From Moniliella sp. 'wahieum' (Eukaryota): 20,000 bases of DNA. Where the stretch lies: contig RSEE01000168.1 of NCBI GenBank assembly GCA_003971905.1, forward strand, positions 50,461 to 70,460, in the 5' to 3' direction. The translations under genes and the position numbers were made by a program. The first letter of the stretch is position 1, and each line of letters starts with the position of its first letter. Positions 19,732 through 20,000 of the stretch are shown here, one piece after another. The notes below the pieces were generated by a model. It saw only the letters and a program-made list of their open reading frames with translations, had not been told where the DNA came from and did no database searches.

Positions 19732-20000
19732 GAGCGATGCATGATGCCGGCCACACACCCGCAATGCATGACGAGAGCGGCTGCGACCAACCACGCGTCG
19801 CCACACCCCACCCTTCGCCTTGAATGTTCAACTGCCGCACTGCCCGCTGCCCGGCCGCGTTGAACGTTGAGAGCGGCGCCCGCCCGGTCGGGTGGTGGGG
19901 CCAACCCCTCTCGCCCCGTGGCTGGCGCCAGACCCCCCTCCACACTCGGCCCCTGCCTCGGCCCACCCACTGCCCTGTGCCTGCCCCGACTCACACCGTT

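Noticed and set aside
1..20000. tRNA/rRNA genes or transposons
   Set aside because: The GTTCGA T-loop-like hits I found fall inside coding regions without cloverleaf stems; no transposase, reverse transcriptase, LTR or terminal inverted repeat was recognised.

Overview
GC-rich, intron-poor eukaryotic DNA, most likely a basidiomycete fungus. Ustilaginomycotina is inferred from short introns with GTACGT/GTATGT donors and from the protein families. Eight protein genes can be reconstructed: the 5' end of an SPX-domain Pho91/87/90-type phosphate transporter (-), a secreted, probably GPI-anchored alpha/beta hydrolase (+), PEX14 (-), an uncharacterised FAD-dependent oxidoreductase (+), a DszC/SfnB-like acyl-CoA-dehydrogenase-fold monooxygenase (-), ribosomal protein eL33/RPL33 (+), Mediator subunit MED4 (-) and a class I cyclic-nucleotide phosphodiesterase of Pde2 type (-). 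All but PEX14 are broken by small deletions, including the essential RPL33 and MED4. This points to unpolished long-read errors rather than pseudogenes, and it is why the ORF track shows only fragments. No tRNA, rRNA, CRISPR array or mobile element was found. I see no clear novel multi-gene system. The most unusual signals are non-coding: many different short 7-bp-period tandem arrays at gene boundaries, TGATCG repeats starting exactly at the stop codons of two genes, and a divergent promoter with CACGTG plus telo-box/Tbf1-like motifs shared by a putative sulfur-scavenging gene and RPL33.
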